Shown here: positions 21,209 through 33,072 of the stretch, in pieces
How positions within the stretch are numbered: position 1 is the stretch's first letter
How the letters are laid out: each line of letters opens with the position of its first letter
Source: Actinomycetota bacterium
GTDB taxonomy: Bacteria; Actinomycetota; Actinomycetes; Nanopelagicales; Nanopelagicaceae
Direction of reading: 5' to 3'
NCBI GenBank assembly: GCA_041165585.1
Contig: JBEANF010000013.1
Span: 7,692 to 71,691, forward strand
DNA length: 64,000 bases
The notes under the pieces: generated by a model
Told to the model about the DNA's origin: nothing
Databases searched by the model: none
Seen by the model: the letters and a program-made list of their open reading frames with translations, nothing else
Position numbers and translations under genes: made by a program

Positions 21209-24200
21209 TGCCTTTAGATCCTTCCATCAAAAGTGTCTTAGTAATCGGCTCTGGACCAATCGTTATTGGTCAAGCCTGTGAATTCGATTATTCAGGGACC
21301 CAAGCTTGCCGTGTCTTGCGAGCCGAAGGAATTCGTGTTGTACTCGTTAACTCAAATCCAGCAACAATCATGACTGATCCAGAATTTGCAGATGCAACAT
21401 ATATTGAACCCATCACTCCTGAATTTATCGAAAGAATTATTGCCAAGGAGAGACCAGATGCCGTCCTAGCGACTCTAGGTGGACAAACTGCACTCAACGC
21501 TGCCATTGGCCTATTTCAAGCAGGCATCCTTGATCGTTATGGCGTAAAACTTATTGGTGCCGATGTTGATGCGATTGAACGTGGTGAGAATCGCGAAATT
21601 TTCCGGGGCATTGTTGAGAAAATTGGTGGTGAGTCAGCTCGTTCTGTAATCTGCCACACTATGGAAGAAGTTCTTGAGGCGGTCAAGATTCTAAATTATC
21701 CAGTAGTTGTAAGACCGTCTTTTACAATGGGCGGATTAGGTTCTGGCATAGCCTTCGATGAGCCATCGCTTCATCAGATTGCAGGCGCTGGACTACGGCA
21801 TAGCCCCACTTCCGAAGTCCTGCTAGAAGAATCGATTATTGGTTGGAAAGAGTATGAATTAGAGGTAATGCGCGATGGTCTTGACAATGTGGTTATCGTC
21901 TGCTCGATTGAAAATATTGATCCGATGGGTGTTCACACCGGCGATTCGATCACTGTAGCCCCGGCCCTAACGCTCACAGATGTTGAGTTCCAAAAGCTTC
22001 GTAATTTGTCGATCTCAATTATTAGAGAGGTCGGAGTAGCAACCGGTGGTTGCAATATTCAATTTGCTGTCAATCCAGATAATGGCCGAATTATTGTGAT
22101 CGAGATGAACCCTCGCGTTTCTCGATCAAGCGCACTTGCATCCAAGGCCACAGGTTTTCCTATTGCAAAAATTGCAACAAAACTTGCCATCGGATACACG
22201 CTAGATGAGATTCAAAATGACATCACCAAAGTTACTCCGGCATCCTTTGAACCAACACTCGACTACATCGTGGTTAAAGCCCCACGGTTCGCCTTTGAAA
22301 AATTTGCAGATGCAGATCCACGTCTGACCACAACGATGAAGTCGGTGGGTGAGGCAATGGCGATTGGTCGTTCTTTCCCCGAGGCGCTCATGAAAGCGCT
22401 TAGATCGCTGGAACGAAAAGAGTCAATTTTTTCATTTCCAGCTGAAATCTCTGAGGTAAAGATTGAATCGTTGATGAGCCAGATTGGCATGCCGACCGAA
22501 TACAGACTGCAGCAAGTACAACAAGTTCTTTGGGCTGGAAAGAGCGTTGAGGATGTCTATGCCGCAACCAAAATAGACCGCTGGTTCCTCACTCAAATCA
22601 ACGCAATCAATGAAGCAGCTCGAAAGATCGCAGAACCAGGAGAGATGGGTGTTGAAGCGCTTCGGTTTGCGAAGGAGCTTGGATTTTCTGATGCACAGAT
22701 TGCCAAACTTCGGGGAATAACAGAGGAGGATGTTCGCAAGGCACGAGCTCACCTGAATGTGCGCCCTGTTTACAAAACCGTCGACACCTGTGCAGCAGAA
22801 TTTGAGGCATTTACACCGTATTACTATTCAAGTTACGAGGAAGAGAGTGAAGTTAAGCCGCGCACCAAACCTGCGGTGATAATTTTAGGAAGCGGACCAA
22901 ATCGAATAGGTCAAGGAATTGAGTTTGATTATTCCTGCGTTCACGCATCGTTTACGTTGCGTGAGGCGGGTTATGAGACAGTGATGATCAACTGCAATCC
23001 AGAGACAGTTTCAACAGATTATGACACTAGCGATCGACTCTATTTTGAACCTCTCACATTAGAAGATGTTCTCGAGGTTGTTCATGCTGAAACATTAGCT
23101 GGTCCAGTGTTGGGAGTTATTACTCAATTGGGTGGACAAACTCCGCTTGGATTGGCGGCAGGATTAAAAGCAGCAGGTGTAAATATTCTCGGTACAAGTC
23201 CAGAGGCGATCAATTTGGCAGAAGAGCGAGGTGCCTTCGGTAATGTGTTGGAGTCTGTCTCACTTACAGCCCCTGAATATGGCATGGCTTCATCACAAAT
23301 GCAGGCTCTGGATATTGCCGCACGTATTGGTTATCCGGTTCTGGTGAGACCTTCCTTCGTGCTTGGTGGTCGAGGGATGGAGATTGTTTACGATGATGCA
23401 GCACTGTCATCATTTATTTCTCGCGCTACAGACATCACGCCAGATCACCCGGTCCTTGTTGATCGTTTTCTTGATAGTGCAATTGAGATTGATGTTGATG
23501 CGCTCTATGACGGAACCGAATTGTTCCTTGGTGGCGTGATGGAGCACATTGAGGAGGCTGGTATTCACTCCGGTGATAGCGCTTGTGTATTACCGGCAAT
23601 GACCGTTACCCTCGTGCAAGCCTCGGCGATTCGAGATGCGACTTACAAAATCGCTGAAGGTGTAGGGGTTCGAGGTCTGATTAATATCCAATTCGCTCTT
23701 GCAGCAGATCAGCTTTATGTATTAGAGGCGAACCCACGCGCATCACGTACCGTGCCTTTTGTTTCAAAGGCAACTGGAGTACCACTGGCCAAAGCTGCTG
23801 CTCGAATATCACTCGGTGCAACAATTTTTTCCCTCAGGGAAGACGGAACTCTTCCACGCGAAGGCGACGGCAAGGCGAAGGGTATTTCCGTCAAGGAGGC
23901 AGTGCTACCTTGGAATCGCTTCAGAAGGAGTGATGGTCGCGGCGTTGATGCGGTCTTAGGTCCAGAGATGCGATCTACTGGTGAAGTAATGGGAATCTCA
24001 TCAACCTTTGGTGCCAGTTATGCCAAGAGCCAAATTAGCGCCTTTGGTTCACTTCCTAAGTCGGGATCTGTCTTCATATCACTTGCCGACAAGGATAAGA
24101 ATGAAGGAATTGCACCGGCTCGCGCACTTGCGCAAATGGGATTTCGACTCTATGCAACCGCGGGAACCTCGGAGTTTCTGGCAGGTCATGGAGTCGTGAC

Positions 24201-24477
24201 TGCTCGGGTACGCAAGGCTTCTGAGGGTCTAGGACCATTGGGGGAGAAGACAATTGTTGATCTGCTCAACGGTGGGGATATTGATTTAGTTATTAACACT
24301 CCAGTCGGTCGCGGAACACGCGCGGATGGCTGGGCTATTCGCACTGCAGCCATTCAGCGTTCTATCCCATGCATTACAACGACTGCAGGGTTTAGCGCTG
24401 CCGTGGAAGGAATTAAGGTTTTGCAATCAGGGGAATTAGGTGTTCAATCCATTCAAGGATGGTTGAGTGGCAAATGA
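21208..24477 (+). CDS. carB: Carbamoyl-phosphate synthase large subunit
   Basis: [17 protein letters not shown], duplicated ATP-grasp halves ([10 protein letters not shown]; EANPRASRT) and an MGS domain. Confidence 0.98.
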   Translation: MPLDPSIKSVLVIGSGPIVIGQACEFDYSGTQACRVLRAEGIRVVLVNSNPATIMTDPEFADATYIEPITPEFIERIIAKERPDAVLATLGGQTALNAAIGLFQAGILDRYGVKLIGADVDAIERGENREIFRGIVEKIGGESARSVICHTMEEVLEAVKILNYPVVVRPSFTMGGLGSGIAFDEPSLHQIAGAGLRHSPTSEVLLEESIIGWKEYELEVMRDGLDNVVIVCSIENIDPMGVHTGDSITVAPALTLTDVEFQKLRNLSISIIREVGVATGGCNIQFAVNPDNGRIIVIEMNPRVSRSSALASKATGFPIAKIATKLAIGYTLDEIQNDITKVTPASFEPTLDYIVVKAPRFAFEKFADADPRLTTTMKSVGEAMAIGRSFPEALMKALRSLERKESIFSFPAEISEVKIESLMSQIGMPTEYRLQQVQQVLWAGKSVEDVYAATKIDRWFLTQINAINEAARKIAEPGEMGVEALRFAKELGFSDAQIAKLRGITEEDVRKARAHLNVRPVYKTVDTCAAEFEAFTPYYYSSYEEESEVKPRTKPAVIILGSGPNRIGQGIEFDYSCVHASFTLREAGYETVMINCNPETVSTDYDTSDRLYFEPLTLEDVLEVVHAETLAGPVLGVITQLGGQTPLGLAAGLKAAGVNILGTSPEAINLAEERGAFGNVLESVSLTAPEYGMASSQMQALDIAARIGYPVLVRPSFVLGGRGMEIVYDDAALSSFISRATDITPDHPVLVDRFLDSAIEIDVDALYDGTELFLGGVMEHIEEAGIHSGDSACVLPAMTVTLVQASAIRDATYKIAEGVGVRGLINIQFALAADQLYVLEANPRASRTVPFVSKATGVPLAKAAARISLGATIFSLREDGTLPREGDGKAKGISVKEAVLPWNRFRRSDGRGVDAVLGPEMRSTGEVMGISSTFGASYAKSQISAFGSLPKSGSVFISLADKDKNEGIAPARALAQMGFRLYATAGTSEFLAGHGVVTARVRKASEGLGPLGEKTIVDLLNGGDIDLVINTPVGRGTRADGWAIRTAAIQRSIPCITTTAGFSAAVEGIKVLQSGELGVQSIQGWLSGK

Positions 24478-25325
24478 GCACAATAAATAAGAGTGCAGCA
24501 CAGATCAACGCCACAATTTTAAGTAATAAGCGGGTTGGTGCTTATCATCAGATTCTCTTGGCCATCGGAGATCTTGCCTCGGTGTGCCGACCGGGGAATT
24601 TCGTAGCGATCGCAGTCGGTGGCGATTCTTCCAAAATGGTTCTGCGCAGAGCTTTTGCGATTTCTCGCATCACCCATGGAAGCGCCTCAGGCGGGGCCAT
24701 GGAGTTAATAGTTGCACCACATGGTTCCGGATCCCGTTGGCTATGTGCTCAAGATGAAGGATCAGAGATCGACATCGTGGCCCCACTCGGTAAGGCTTTT
24801 GGAATCCCTACTGCACCTGTAAATGCATTGCTTGTTGGCGGCGGATATGGATCTGCTCCACTTTTTGGATTAGCCGAAGTTCTCAAGGCGCGCGGATGTC
24901 GGGTTGACATGTTGCTCGGTGCAAGTACTGGATCAAAGATTTACGCTCCACTGGAAGGCAAGCGGAGCGCATCAACTCTTAAGATTTACACTGAAGACGG
25001 ATCGATGGGGGAGATGGGGCGAGTAACTACCCCGATTAGAGAACTTCTTATTCAAGGAAAAGTCGATGTCATATATTCATGCGGACCAATGCCCATGTTG
25101 CGGGCCATTTCAGACCTCACTGAGGGCACAGATGTAGTGCATCAATGCGCCGTTGAAGAAGCTATGGCATGTGGAATCGGGATTTGCATGACGTGTGTAC
25201 TCCCCGTAAAGAATGAAGATGGATCTATTTCGATGTTACGTTCGTGCATCGATGGTCCAGTGATGGATGGAAGTCAGGTTGCCTGGGATATTGTCGGCAA
25301 AGTACCTCCCGTGGTGGCTTCATGA
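24474..25325 (+). CDS. pyrK: Dihydroorotate dehydrogenase electron transfer subunit
   Basis: PG.F, LRR.F.I, VGGGYG, CGP..ML and the [11 protein letters not shown]...C [2Fe-2S] motif. Confidence 0.92.
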   Translation: MSTINKSAAQINATILSNKRVGAYHQILLAIGDLASVCRPGNFVAIAVGGDSSKMVLRRAFAISRITHGSASGGAMELIVAPHGSGSRWLCAQDEGSEIDIVAPLGKAFGIPTAPVNALLVGGGYGSAPLFGLAEVLKARGCRVDMLLGASTGSKIYAPLEGKRSASTLKIYTEDGSMGEMGRVTTPIRELLIQGKVDVIYSCGPMPMLRAISDLTEGTDVVHQCAVEEAMACGIGICMTCVLPVKNEDGSISMLRSCIDGPVMDGSQVAWDIVGKVPPVVAS

Positions 25326-26266
25326 CGGAACCAACTTTAGATTTCTCAACGACCCTTGGTAATGCTTACTTTCCCGCGCCAATCTTCACTGCGAGTGGTT
25401 GTGCGAGTTCTGGAAAAGAACTTGCACAATTTTTTGACTTAAGGGATATCGGTGCAGTCGTCACGAAATCAGTGATGAATAAACCTCGCCATGGCCGCCC
25501 TACTCCACGAATGGCTGAGACACCATCTGGAATGTTAAATTCAATCGGTTTACAGGGCCCCGGTATCGATCAGTTCTTAGCTAAGGATGTTCCATGGCTG
25601 CTCGAGCGCGGCGCGCGAGTTGTGGTTTCGATCGCGGGTGAGACAACTGATGAATACGCAATGTTGGCTCGTAAGGTCAGGGCTGTCCCCGGAATCAGTG
25701 CATTAGAAGTAAATATCTCTTGCCCAAATGTTGAAAACAGAGGAATGGTCTTTGCCTGTGATCGAGATAGTTCAGCGCGAGCTATTGATGGGGTAAGGAA
25801 AATCATTGGCGGCGAGATTCCAATAATTGCGAAATTGACTCCGGATGTAACTGATATAACAAGTATTGCGACTGCAGTAGTTGATGCTGGGGCTGATGGT
25901 CTTGCTCTCATCAATACAGTTCTTGGAATGGTGATCAATCTAGATACGATGAAACCTCATTTGGGTGGAAAGACGGGCGGATTATCTGGGCCTGCAATTC
26001 GACCCGTCGCAGTGAGAGCCATATACCAAGTTCATAGCGCGATGTCTCACATTCCGATTCTAGGAATGGGAGGCGTGGCATCGGGAAGAGATGCTCTTGA
26101 GTTGATTTTGGCTGGAGCATCAGGAGTATCGGTCGGAACTGCAAGTTTCGGCGATCCGACGGCGATTCCTCGTATACAGAAGGAGTTGGCATCTTTGTTG
26201 GTAGCTCGTGGATTCTCATCAGTTAAAGAGGCAATCGGTTATGCCCATAGAGATGAGAGAGGTTAG
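25322..26266 (+). CDS. pyrD: Dihydroorotate dehydrogenase (class 1B)
   Basis: ASGC, MLNSIGLQ, NISCPNV, KLTP, INT and GGLSGPAI. ATG 25322 overlaps the pyrK stop. Confidence 0.95.
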   Translation: MTEPTLDFSTTLGNAYFPAPIFTASGCASSGKELAQFFDLRDIGAVVTKSVMNKPRHGRPTPRMAETPSGMLNSIGLQGPGIDQFLAKDVPWLLERGARVVVSIAGETTDEYAMLARKVRAVPGISALEVNISCPNVENRGMVFACDRDSSARAIDGVRKIIGGEIPIIAKLTPDVTDITSIATAVVDAGADGLALINTVLGMVINLDTMKPHLGGKTGGLSGPAIRPVAVRAIYQVHSAMSHIPILGMGGVASGRDALELILAGASGVSVGTASFGDPTAIPRIQKELASLLVARGFSSVKEAIGYAHRDERG

Positions 26267-26269
26267 AGA

Positions 26270-26977
26270 ATGAAACGTCCAATTATTTTAGCGGTTGACA
26301 CATCTGATTTTGATACGGCTCGTTCCTGGATTGAGGCAACGAGAGAAAGCATTGATATTTATAAGCTTGGCCTTGAATTTTTCCTCACATTTGGAGCAGA
26401 GGGGATAGCATCTATTGCGCGCGAAAGTGGAGCAGAGATTTTTTTAGATCTCAAACTCCACGACATTCCCAATACTGTAAAGAAGTCTGCAGAAACAGTT
26501 GATCATCTCCATCCGCGTTTTCTCACCGTGCACGCTAGCGGTGGCCATGCCATGATTGCCGCCGCCGTTGCAGCAGTAACACAAACTTCGATTACTGCCG
26601 TTACAGTGCTTACTTCCCTTTCAGATCAGGATTTAGCGGAATTAGGTTTTGCAGAGCCTGCCCTGCCAACCGCAGTTTCGTTGGCTCGAATCGCGACGCA
26701 GGCAGGTGCTCGTTCAATTGTTTGTTCACCACATGAAATTGCCGCAATTAGAGGTGTTGTTTCAGAGAATATAGAGATCATTACACCCGGTGTTAGGCCA
26801 GCTGTTGGTATTGGCTCAGATGATCAAATGCGAACTATGACCCCTGAAGAGGCGATCTCTCTTGGTGCTAATTATCTAGTGATCGGACGTCCGATAACGT
26901 CTTTCTGGAGAGATGGATCAGCTGCAATGGCTGCCCAAGCATCTGCGATGCTCGAAGCAGTTAACAGTTACTCCTGA
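26270..26977 (+). CDS. pyrF: Orotidine-5'-phosphate decarboxylase
   Basis: FLDLKLHDIPNTV, TVHA.GG, TPGVR, DDQ.R and VIGRPI motifs. Confidence 0.96.
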   Translation: MKRPIILAVDTSDFDTARSWIEATRESIDIYKLGLEFFLTFGAEGIASIARESGAEIFLDLKLHDIPNTVKKSAETVDHLHPRFLTVHASGGHAMIAAAVAAVTQTSITAVTVLTSLSDQDLAELGFAEPALPTAVSLARIATQAGARSIVCSPHEIAAIRGVVSENIEIITPGVRPAVGIGSDDQMRTMTPEEAISLGANYLVIGRPITSFWRDGSAAMAAQASAMLEAVNSYS

Positions 26978-26996
26978 TTTCCTCTAGATTATTGCC

Positions 26997-27872
26997 ATGG
27001 GCCGCCCACCGATCTTGTCAGATCAGCAGCGTCAAGCTGCCTTGGAAAAAGCGAAACAATCACGCTCTAGGCGAGCAGAGATAAAAGCGCAGGTAAAAAA
27101 TGGATTGCTCAGTGTTGAAGATGTACTCGCTCTTTCGCTAGAGGATGAAGCTGTATCTAAGATGCGTGTAGTTGAACTTTTGGAATCACTTTCAGGAGTC
27201 GGCAAGGTGCGAGCGATCGCGATTCTCGACCGGCTTGGTATTTCTCACACTCGACGAATCATGGGTCTTGGACACCATCAGAAGAAGGCGCTGCTGGACG
27301 AATTTAAGATTCTTGGAATGCATCCTCAAAGTGGAAAACTAGTTGTTTTATCTGGGCCAGGGGGAGTCGGCAAGAGCACCGTGTCAGCTGAGATTCGAAA
27401 ACGTGGAGATTTTTGGGTCAGCATTTCAGCAACTACACGGTCTCCTCGCCACACTGAAGAGCACGGTGTCGATTATATTTTTATGAGCGATGAAGAGTTT
27501 GATCGGGCAGTAAGTAACGATTATTTCTTAGAGTGGGCTGCCTTTGCTGGTGCGCGTTATGGAACACCTCGTAAGCCAGTTCTTGATGCTTTGTCTCAGG
27601 GTAGAGATGTACTTCTTGAGATTGATATTGAAGGCGCTAAACAGGTAAAGAAGAATTGGAAAGATGCTCTTCTCGTTTTTCTTGAACCCCCAACATGGGA
27701 GGAGCTGGTGTCGCGTTTAGAGGGACGAGCAACTGACTCACCAGAACGGCGAGCAGAGCGATTGGCTCTGGCGCAGGAAGAGATGGCCGAAGCCCCATTT
27801 TTCGACCATATTCTGGTCAATGATCAGGTCGAGCACGTGGTCGCAAGCCTGATAAGATTGGCTCATTCGTAG
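26997..27872 (+). CDS. gmk: In-frame fusion of actinobacterial integration host factor (mIHF/sIHF, aa ~1-103) and guanylate kinase (aa ~108-291)
   Basis: N-terminal half QR.AALEKA...R.E.K...[28 protein letters not shown] is mIHF-like. C-terminal half [31 protein letters not shown] is Gmk. No stop between them. Confidence 0.92.
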   Translation: MGRPPILSDQQRQAALEKAKQSRSRRAEIKAQVKNGLLSVEDVLALSLEDEAVSKMRVVELLESLSGVGKVRAIAILDRLGISHTRRIMGLGHHQKKALLDEFKILGMHPQSGKLVVLSGPGGVGKSTVSAEIRKRGDFWVSISATTRSPRHTEEHGVDYIFMSDEEFDRAVSNDYFLEWAAFAGARYGTPRKPVLDALSQGRDVLLEIDIEGAKQVKKNWKDALLVFLEPPTWEELVSRLEGRATDSPERRAERLALAQEEMAEAPFFDHILVNDQVEHVVASLIRLAHS

Positions 27873-27909
27873 GCCGCAGGTCGGCCGCGCATCTATTTTT
27901 AGGGGGCAA

Positions 27910-28164
27910 ATGATGGACGGAATCACAAATCCACCAATTGACGAACTTCTCGACAAGAGCGGCTCTAAGTACAGCCTTGTTCTTTATGCGGCAAAGCGTG
28001 CTCGTCAGATTAATGCCTACTACTCACAACTTGGTGAAGGCCTACTTGAATACGTAGGACCACTTGTTGAAACTCACGTGCACGAGAAGCCTCTTTCAAT
28101 CGCCCTGCGCGAGATCAATGAGGGTCTTCTGACAATCGAAAATCTCGAACCTGCAGCTAAGTAA
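27910..28164 (+). CDS. rpoZ: RNA polymerase omega subunit
   Basis: [29 protein letters not shown] and [11 protein letters not shown]. Confidence 0.97.
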   Translation: MMDGITNPPIDELLDKSGSKYSLVLYAAKRARQINAYYSQLGEGLLEYVGPLVETHVHEKPLSIALREINEGLLTIENLEPAAK

Positions 28165-28182
28165 TCTCCAGAGGTAGATCAC

Positions 28183-29373
28183 GTGGCCGCACGCGAAGTA
28201 ATTCTTGGCGTTGGCGGGGGAATAGCAGCTTATAAATCATGTGACCTTCTGCGTCGTCTTCAGGATAAAGGTTTTGCAGTAACTGTTATCCCGACGCCTT
28301 CAAGTTTGAATTTCGTAGGTGCAGCCACATGGGCGGCTCTGTCAGGACGCCCGGTTACAACTTCGGTCTGGGAGCGAGTCGATGAAGTTCGCCATGTTAA
28401 ATTGGCAAAGGAAGCCGAATACATTCTCGTTGCCCCAGCGACGGCAGATCTCATCGCGCGCATTGCACAAGGGCGAGCAGATGACCTTCTTACCAATACC
28501 CTTTTAGCAAGTACCGTTCCAGTTTTAATTGTTCCGGCAATGCATCCAGCAATGTGGACTAACCATGCAACTCAAGCAAATGTGCAGTTACTCCGAGAAC
28601 GCGGATATTTCGTAATGGAACCCGATGTTGGCGCACTCACAAGTGGTGACGTAGGTGTTGGTCGATTTCCGGAAACTTCCCGTATTTTGACTGAGTTTTT
28701 TGAGATTACAGACCCGCGGCGCGATCTCATTGGTAAGAAGGTACTCGTCACGGCTGGTGGCACACGAGAAGCTCTTGATCCAATTAGATTCATAGGCAAC
28801 AACTCATCTGGGATTCAAGGTTATGCAGTAGCAAGAGCGGCAGCTAAACGTGGTGCAGAGGTGACATTGATTCTTGGCCCTAGCACTATCAAACCACTAC
28901 CAGGTATTAAAACTATCAATATTGTCTCTGCTCAGGAGATGTTTGAAGCGGTGAGTGCGTTCTTTGATGAGTGCGATATCTTGGTGATGAGCGCAGCCGT
29001 TGCAGATGCGAGGCCTTCGCGAAGAAGTGAGAGCAAAATAAAGAAGGATGAACTCTCGGCGATAGAATTGCTACCAAATCCCGACATCATCGCGACGGTT
29101 GCTGCTCGCAAGACGGATCAATGTGTTATTGCCTTCGCAGCAGAGACAAGTTTGAATATCGAAGAAGGCGCAAGAAAATTACAAGCAAAGGGTGCTGATA
29201 TTCTCTATCTGAATGATGTTGTCGGAGCTGATATCTTTGCCTCTGAGCAGACCCAGGGAGTGATGCTGGTCGCACTTCCTGATGGAAAATTCGATCAGCG
29301 CCCAATTGAACGCATCAGTAAAGACACGCTCGCTGATCTTCTCTTAGATCAAGCCGTCGATAAGTTAGGTTAG
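28183..29373 (+). CDS. coaBC: Bifunctional phosphopantothenoylcysteine decarboxylase / phosphopantothenate--cysteine ligase
   Basis: GGIAAYK, APATAD, PAMH..MW, TAGGTRE.LDPIRFI.N.SSG and FAAET motifs. Confidence 0.96.
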   Translation: MAAREVILGVGGGIAAYKSCDLLRRLQDKGFAVTVIPTPSSLNFVGAATWAALSGRPVTTSVWERVDEVRHVKLAKEAEYILVAPATADLIARIAQGRADDLLTNTLLASTVPVLIVPAMHPAMWTNHATQANVQLLRERGYFVMEPDVGALTSGDVGVGRFPETSRILTEFFEITDPRRDLIGKKVLVTAGGTREALDPIRFIGNNSSGIQGYAVARAAAKRGAEVTLILGPSTIKPLPGIKTINIVSAQEMFEAVSAFFDECDILVMSAAVADARPSRRSESKIKKDELSAIELLPNPDIIATVAARKTDQCVIAFAAETSLNIEEGARKLQAKGADILYLNDVVGADIFASEQTQGVMLVALPDGKFDQRPIERISKDTLADLLLDQAVDKLG

Positions 29374-29377
29374 GACA

Positions 29378-30565
29378 ATGTCAAAGCGCCTCTTCACATC
29401 AGAATCCGTAACTGAAGGTCATCCAGATAAGATTGCCGACCAAATATCGGATGCAATCCTCGACTCCCTACTGTCACAGGACTCAAAGAGTCGAGTGGCA
29501 GTTGAAACTCTTATTACAACAGGTCAGGTACATGTTGCTGGTGAGGTAACCACAAATGGTTATGCCGATGTGATGGGAATTGTGCGTGACACGGTTATCG
29601 GGATCGGCTATGACTCATCCGTTAAAGGTTTTGATGGAAATAGTTGCGGAGTTTCAATCTCGATTGGACAACAGTCACAAGACATTGCCCAAGGCGTAAA
29701 TGATGCATTTGAACATCGCGTTGATTCAGCAGCAGATCCGCTAGATCTACAGGGTGCTGGAGACCAAGGTTTGATGTTCGGCTATGCCTGCGATGACACT
29801 AAAGAGCTCATGCCGCTGCCAATTTATCTCGCACATAAGTTAGCCCAACAACTCACAGCAGTAAGAAAGAGCGGCCAACTTGCCTATCTACGACCAGATG
29901 GCAAGACGCAGGTGACGATTGAATACGATGGCGCTACAGCTATCGCCCTCGACACTGTGGTGATCTCTAGCCAGCATGCAGAAGATGTTGATGTCGCTAA
30001 AAAGTTAACTCCGGAAATTATTGAGTACGTGATTAATCCGGTTCTTGCTGATGTAGATCTACCAAAGAAGGATCTTCGCACACTTATCAATCCAACAGGT
30101 CGTTTTGTAATCGGTGGTCCTATGGGAGATGCTGGTTTAACAGGAAGAAAAATTATTGTTGATACCTACGGCGGCATGGCCCGACACGGCGGCGGAGCCT
30201 TTAGCGGTAAGGATCCATCCAAGGTTGACCGTTCAGCAGCGTATGCAATGCGATGGGTTGCAAAGAATGTCGTTGCTGCAGGACTTGCAACTCGATGTGA
30301 GGTTCAGGTTGCCTATGCGATTGGCAAGGCTCATCCAGTGGGTGTATTTGTCGAAACCTTCGGTACCGAAACTGTTGCAGTGGCTAAGATCCAGAGCGCT
30401 GTCACGAGCGTTTTTGATTTGCGTCCTGCTGCGATTATTCGTGATCTCAATCTTTTACGTCCGATCTACTCACAGACAGCGGCATATGGACACTTTGGTC
30501 GAGAGCTACCTGACTTCACTTGGGAATCCACTAACCGTGTGGATGCACTTCGCTCTGCGATCTAA
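29378..30565 (+). CDS. metK: S-adenosylmethionine synthetase
   Basis: [33 protein letters not shown] and GGGAFSGKD motifs. Confidence 0.98.
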   Translation: MSKRLFTSESVTEGHPDKIADQISDAILDSLLSQDSKSRVAVETLITTGQVHVAGEVTTNGYADVMGIVRDTVIGIGYDSSVKGFDGNSCGVSISIGQQSQDIAQGVNDAFEHRVDSAADPLDLQGAGDQGLMFGYACDDTKELMPLPIYLAHKLAQQLTAVRKSGQLAYLRPDGKTQVTIEYDGATAIALDTVVISSQHAEDVDVAKKLTPEIIEYVINPVLADVDLPKKDLRTLINPTGRFVIGGPMGDAGLTGRKIIVDTYGGMARHGGGAFSGKDPSKVDRSAAYAMRWVAKNVVAAGLATRCEVQVAYAIGKAHPVGVFVETFGTETVAVAKIQSAVTSVFDLRPAAIIRDLNLLRPIYSQTAAYGHFGRELPDFTWESTNRVDALRSAI

Positions 30566-30586
30566 GTACGGTTTTTAAGGTCAATC

Positions 30587-32473
30587 ATGGCCACGGGACG
30601 TCTTCGACTTAAGATTCAAAGCGAGACTGCCCGTTCTGAAGTCGCATCGTCCAATCAACCTGTTGCACGAGTGTGGGTTAATACTGGTGTGTTGCACCTT
30701 GATGAAAGTTACGACTATCTAGTCCCACAATCCCTTGACTTGACAGTTAAAGAAGGATCACGGGTTTCAATAAATTTCTCAGGTCGAATAGTTGACGGTT
30801 TCGTTATAGAGCGCCTCGAGAGTGCAGCGGTTGGAAATTTAAAATTCATCGAGAAAGTGATCTCGCCGATCCCTCTCTTGACTCAGGAGAGTAAGGCTCT
30901 AATAGAAGCCGCAGCTCATAAGTGGGGTGGATCCATCTTTGACCTGCTATCAAGCGCCATTCCACCTCGGGTGGTCGGCGCGGAGAAACGAGATTTTTCC
31001 CTCAACGACTTCACAGATAAGCCCAGCCAAAAACGACAACCATCTCATTCCTACTATCTCTTTGCCCCAGGTGAAGATCCGTTTCTCACATTAATTGATT
31101 GGATCAAATTGCGAGGCAAGTTGGGGGCAGTCTTGGTAGTACTTCCTGAAGTTCGGGAAGTAGAAGGTCTTTCAGGGCGTCTGAGCGTAGATAAAGTAGC
31201 TCATACTGTTTTGGACGCATCTCTACCACGTGGTGAGAGATATTCGAGTTTTCTAGATGTGGCAGCTGGAAATAGTTCTGTAGTAATCGGTACTCGCTCG
31301 GCGATTTTTGCGCCAATTCGTAATTTGCAGACAATTATCGTCTATCGAGAAGGCGCGCAATCTCATTATGAAGTCCGCTCGCCCGGTTGGAACACCAGAG
31401 AAGTTGCGATTCTTCGCTCACAATTGTCTGGAATTGACCTTACCTTTGCAGGATTCTCCCCATCATCAGAGTGCTCTCTACTTATTGAAGAAGATTTTCT
31501 CGGCTTGAAGGGACGGAAAGGCAAAGTAGATGCAACCGCTTATCCGCAATTACATGGGGAGTTGCTTCCGGATCGAATCTTCTCTCCGATACGAAAGGCG
31601 CTAGAGAAAGGCAGTGTTCTCTTCCTCGTACCGCGCAAAGGATATGCACAAGCTATTTCTTGTAAATCGTGCAAGAACATCGCCCTCTGCGATTGTGGTG
31701 GACGAATATCACTCCTGGGACCTGGAAAAGGATTTAGATGTTCCCTATGCAGCAAGGAGATCGCCTCTTGGAGTTGTGCTTGGTGTAAGAAGAACGAGCC
31801 GATCCTGTTGGGACGTGGCAATCTGCGCTTTGCTCAAGAGATAGGTCGCGCCTTCCCAGGATTTCGCATCCTTTCATCAGATGCCGAGAACCCGATTGCC
31901 TCAGTTAATAAAGAGAGATCTTTGGTTCTTGCTACCGCCGGTATGGTTCCGATCATTTCAGGTGGTTATAAAGCAATTGTGATACTCGAGGCAGAGAGTT
32001 TGTTCTCCCAGATAGATTTACGAGCTCAAGAACGTGCTCGAGAATCAATCATGCATGCAATTTCTCACATATCGGTAGATGGGAAGGCCTTGGTCGTAAT
32101 AGATAATTCTCATCCGGTTGTTGCAGCGGTCGCTCGTTGGAATCAATCGCCTTTGTTAATTAGAGAGTTGCGCGAGCGAGAACAGACGAACCTTCCTCCA
32201 TATGTGCATTCAATAGCCATTGAATTACCAACGGCCGATACGCCTTTATTCATCAATGGAGTCAAATCATCGGTGAGCCAATCGCGCTTACCCAAAGGGG
32301 TACGAATTCTTGGGCCAACCAAACTAGATGGATTGAATTCGCGAGTAGTTTTGACTGTACCAAGAAATCAAGGTCAAGTCCTGATTGATTTCCTCTCAAC
32401 CTACCGCAGAAAGCGTTCTGCCTCTCGCAAATCTATACCTTCGATGCGAGTAGATCCTTACTCGATCACGTAG
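30587..32473 (+). CDS. priA: Primosomal protein N' (actinobacterial type)
   Basis: 3'-binding domain (YDYLVP, G.RV..F.GR), VIGTRSAIFAP, Cys-rich region and C-terminal RVDP; position between metK and def/fmt. Confidence 0.88.
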   Translation: MATGRLRLKIQSETARSEVASSNQPVARVWVNTGVLHLDESYDYLVPQSLDLTVKEGSRVSINFSGRIVDGFVIERLESAAVGNLKFIEKVISPIPLLTQESKALIEAAAHKWGGSIFDLLSSAIPPRVVGAEKRDFSLNDFTDKPSQKRQPSHSYYLFAPGEDPFLTLIDWIKLRGKLGAVLVVLPEVREVEGLSGRLSVDKVAHTVLDASLPRGERYSSFLDVAAGNSSVVIGTRSAIFAPIRNLQTIIVYREGAQSHYEVRSPGWNTREVAILRSQLSGIDLTFAGFSPSSECSLLIEEDFLGLKGRKGKVDATAYPQLHGELLPDRIFSPIRKALEKGSVLFLVPRKGYAQAISCKSCKNIALCDCGGRISLLGPGKGFRCSLCSKEIASWSCAWCKKNEPILLGRGNLRFAQEIGRAFPGFRILSSDAENPIASVNKERSLVLATAGMVPIISGGYKAIVILEAESLFSQIDLRAQERARESIMHAISHISVDGKALVVIDNSHPVVAAVARWNQSPLLIRELREREQTNLPPYVHSIAIELPTADTPLFINGVKSSVSQSRLPKGVRILGPTKLDGLNSRVVLTVPRNQGQVLIDFLSTYRRKRSASRKSIPSMRVDPYSIT

Positions 32474-32511
32474 CAACCAACCTCAGCCTCTGATTGCGTT
32501 AAGATAGTGTC

Positions 32512-33072
32512 ATGGCGATTCAAGAGATCAGATTATTTGGTGACCCCGTGTTGGTTACACCAGCATCTCCAGTAATTGACTTTGATAAAGAATTACGTAA
32601 TCTCGTCAGTGATTTGGTCGACACAATGCTTGATGCACCCGGAGCTGGTCTTGCGGCTCCTCAAATCGGTGTGCCCCTGAGGGTCTTTACCTGGTGTGTT
32701 GATGAAGAAATTGGCCATCTCGTAAACCCATCATTGACCTTGAGTGAAGAGCTCCAGGATGGTGAAGAGGGGTGTCTGTCATTTCCAGAGTTGCGATATG
32801 AGACTCCCCGGGCAATGCGAGCAGTAGCCAAAGGCTTCAATATGCATGGAGAACCGATAATTGTAGAGGGTTCAGAGTTTCTAGCTCGAGCCCTACAGCA
32901 CGAAACCGATCATCTTGATGGGATCCTCTTTATTGATCGAATGCCATCGGAGTCAAGAAAAGCGGCCATGAAAGAGATTCGCGATTCACAATGGTTTGGA
33001 AGTGCAATTGAGGCCGGAATTGATCCAATCATTAAAGTGTCACCACACCAAACTTTCGGGAAAGGTCGCTAG
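32512..33072 (+). CDS. def: Peptide deformylase
   Basis: GLAAPQIG, EGCLS and QHETDHLDG motifs. Confidence 0.97.
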   Translation: MAIQEIRLFGDPVLVTPASPVIDFDKELRNLVSDLVDTMLDAPGAGLAAPQIGVPLRVFTWCVDEEIGHLVNPSLTLSEELQDGEEGCLSFPELRYETPRAMRAVAKGFNMHGEPIIVEGSEFLARALQHETDHLDGILFIDRMPSESRKAAMKEIRDSQWFGSAIEAGIDPIIKVSPHQTFGKGR

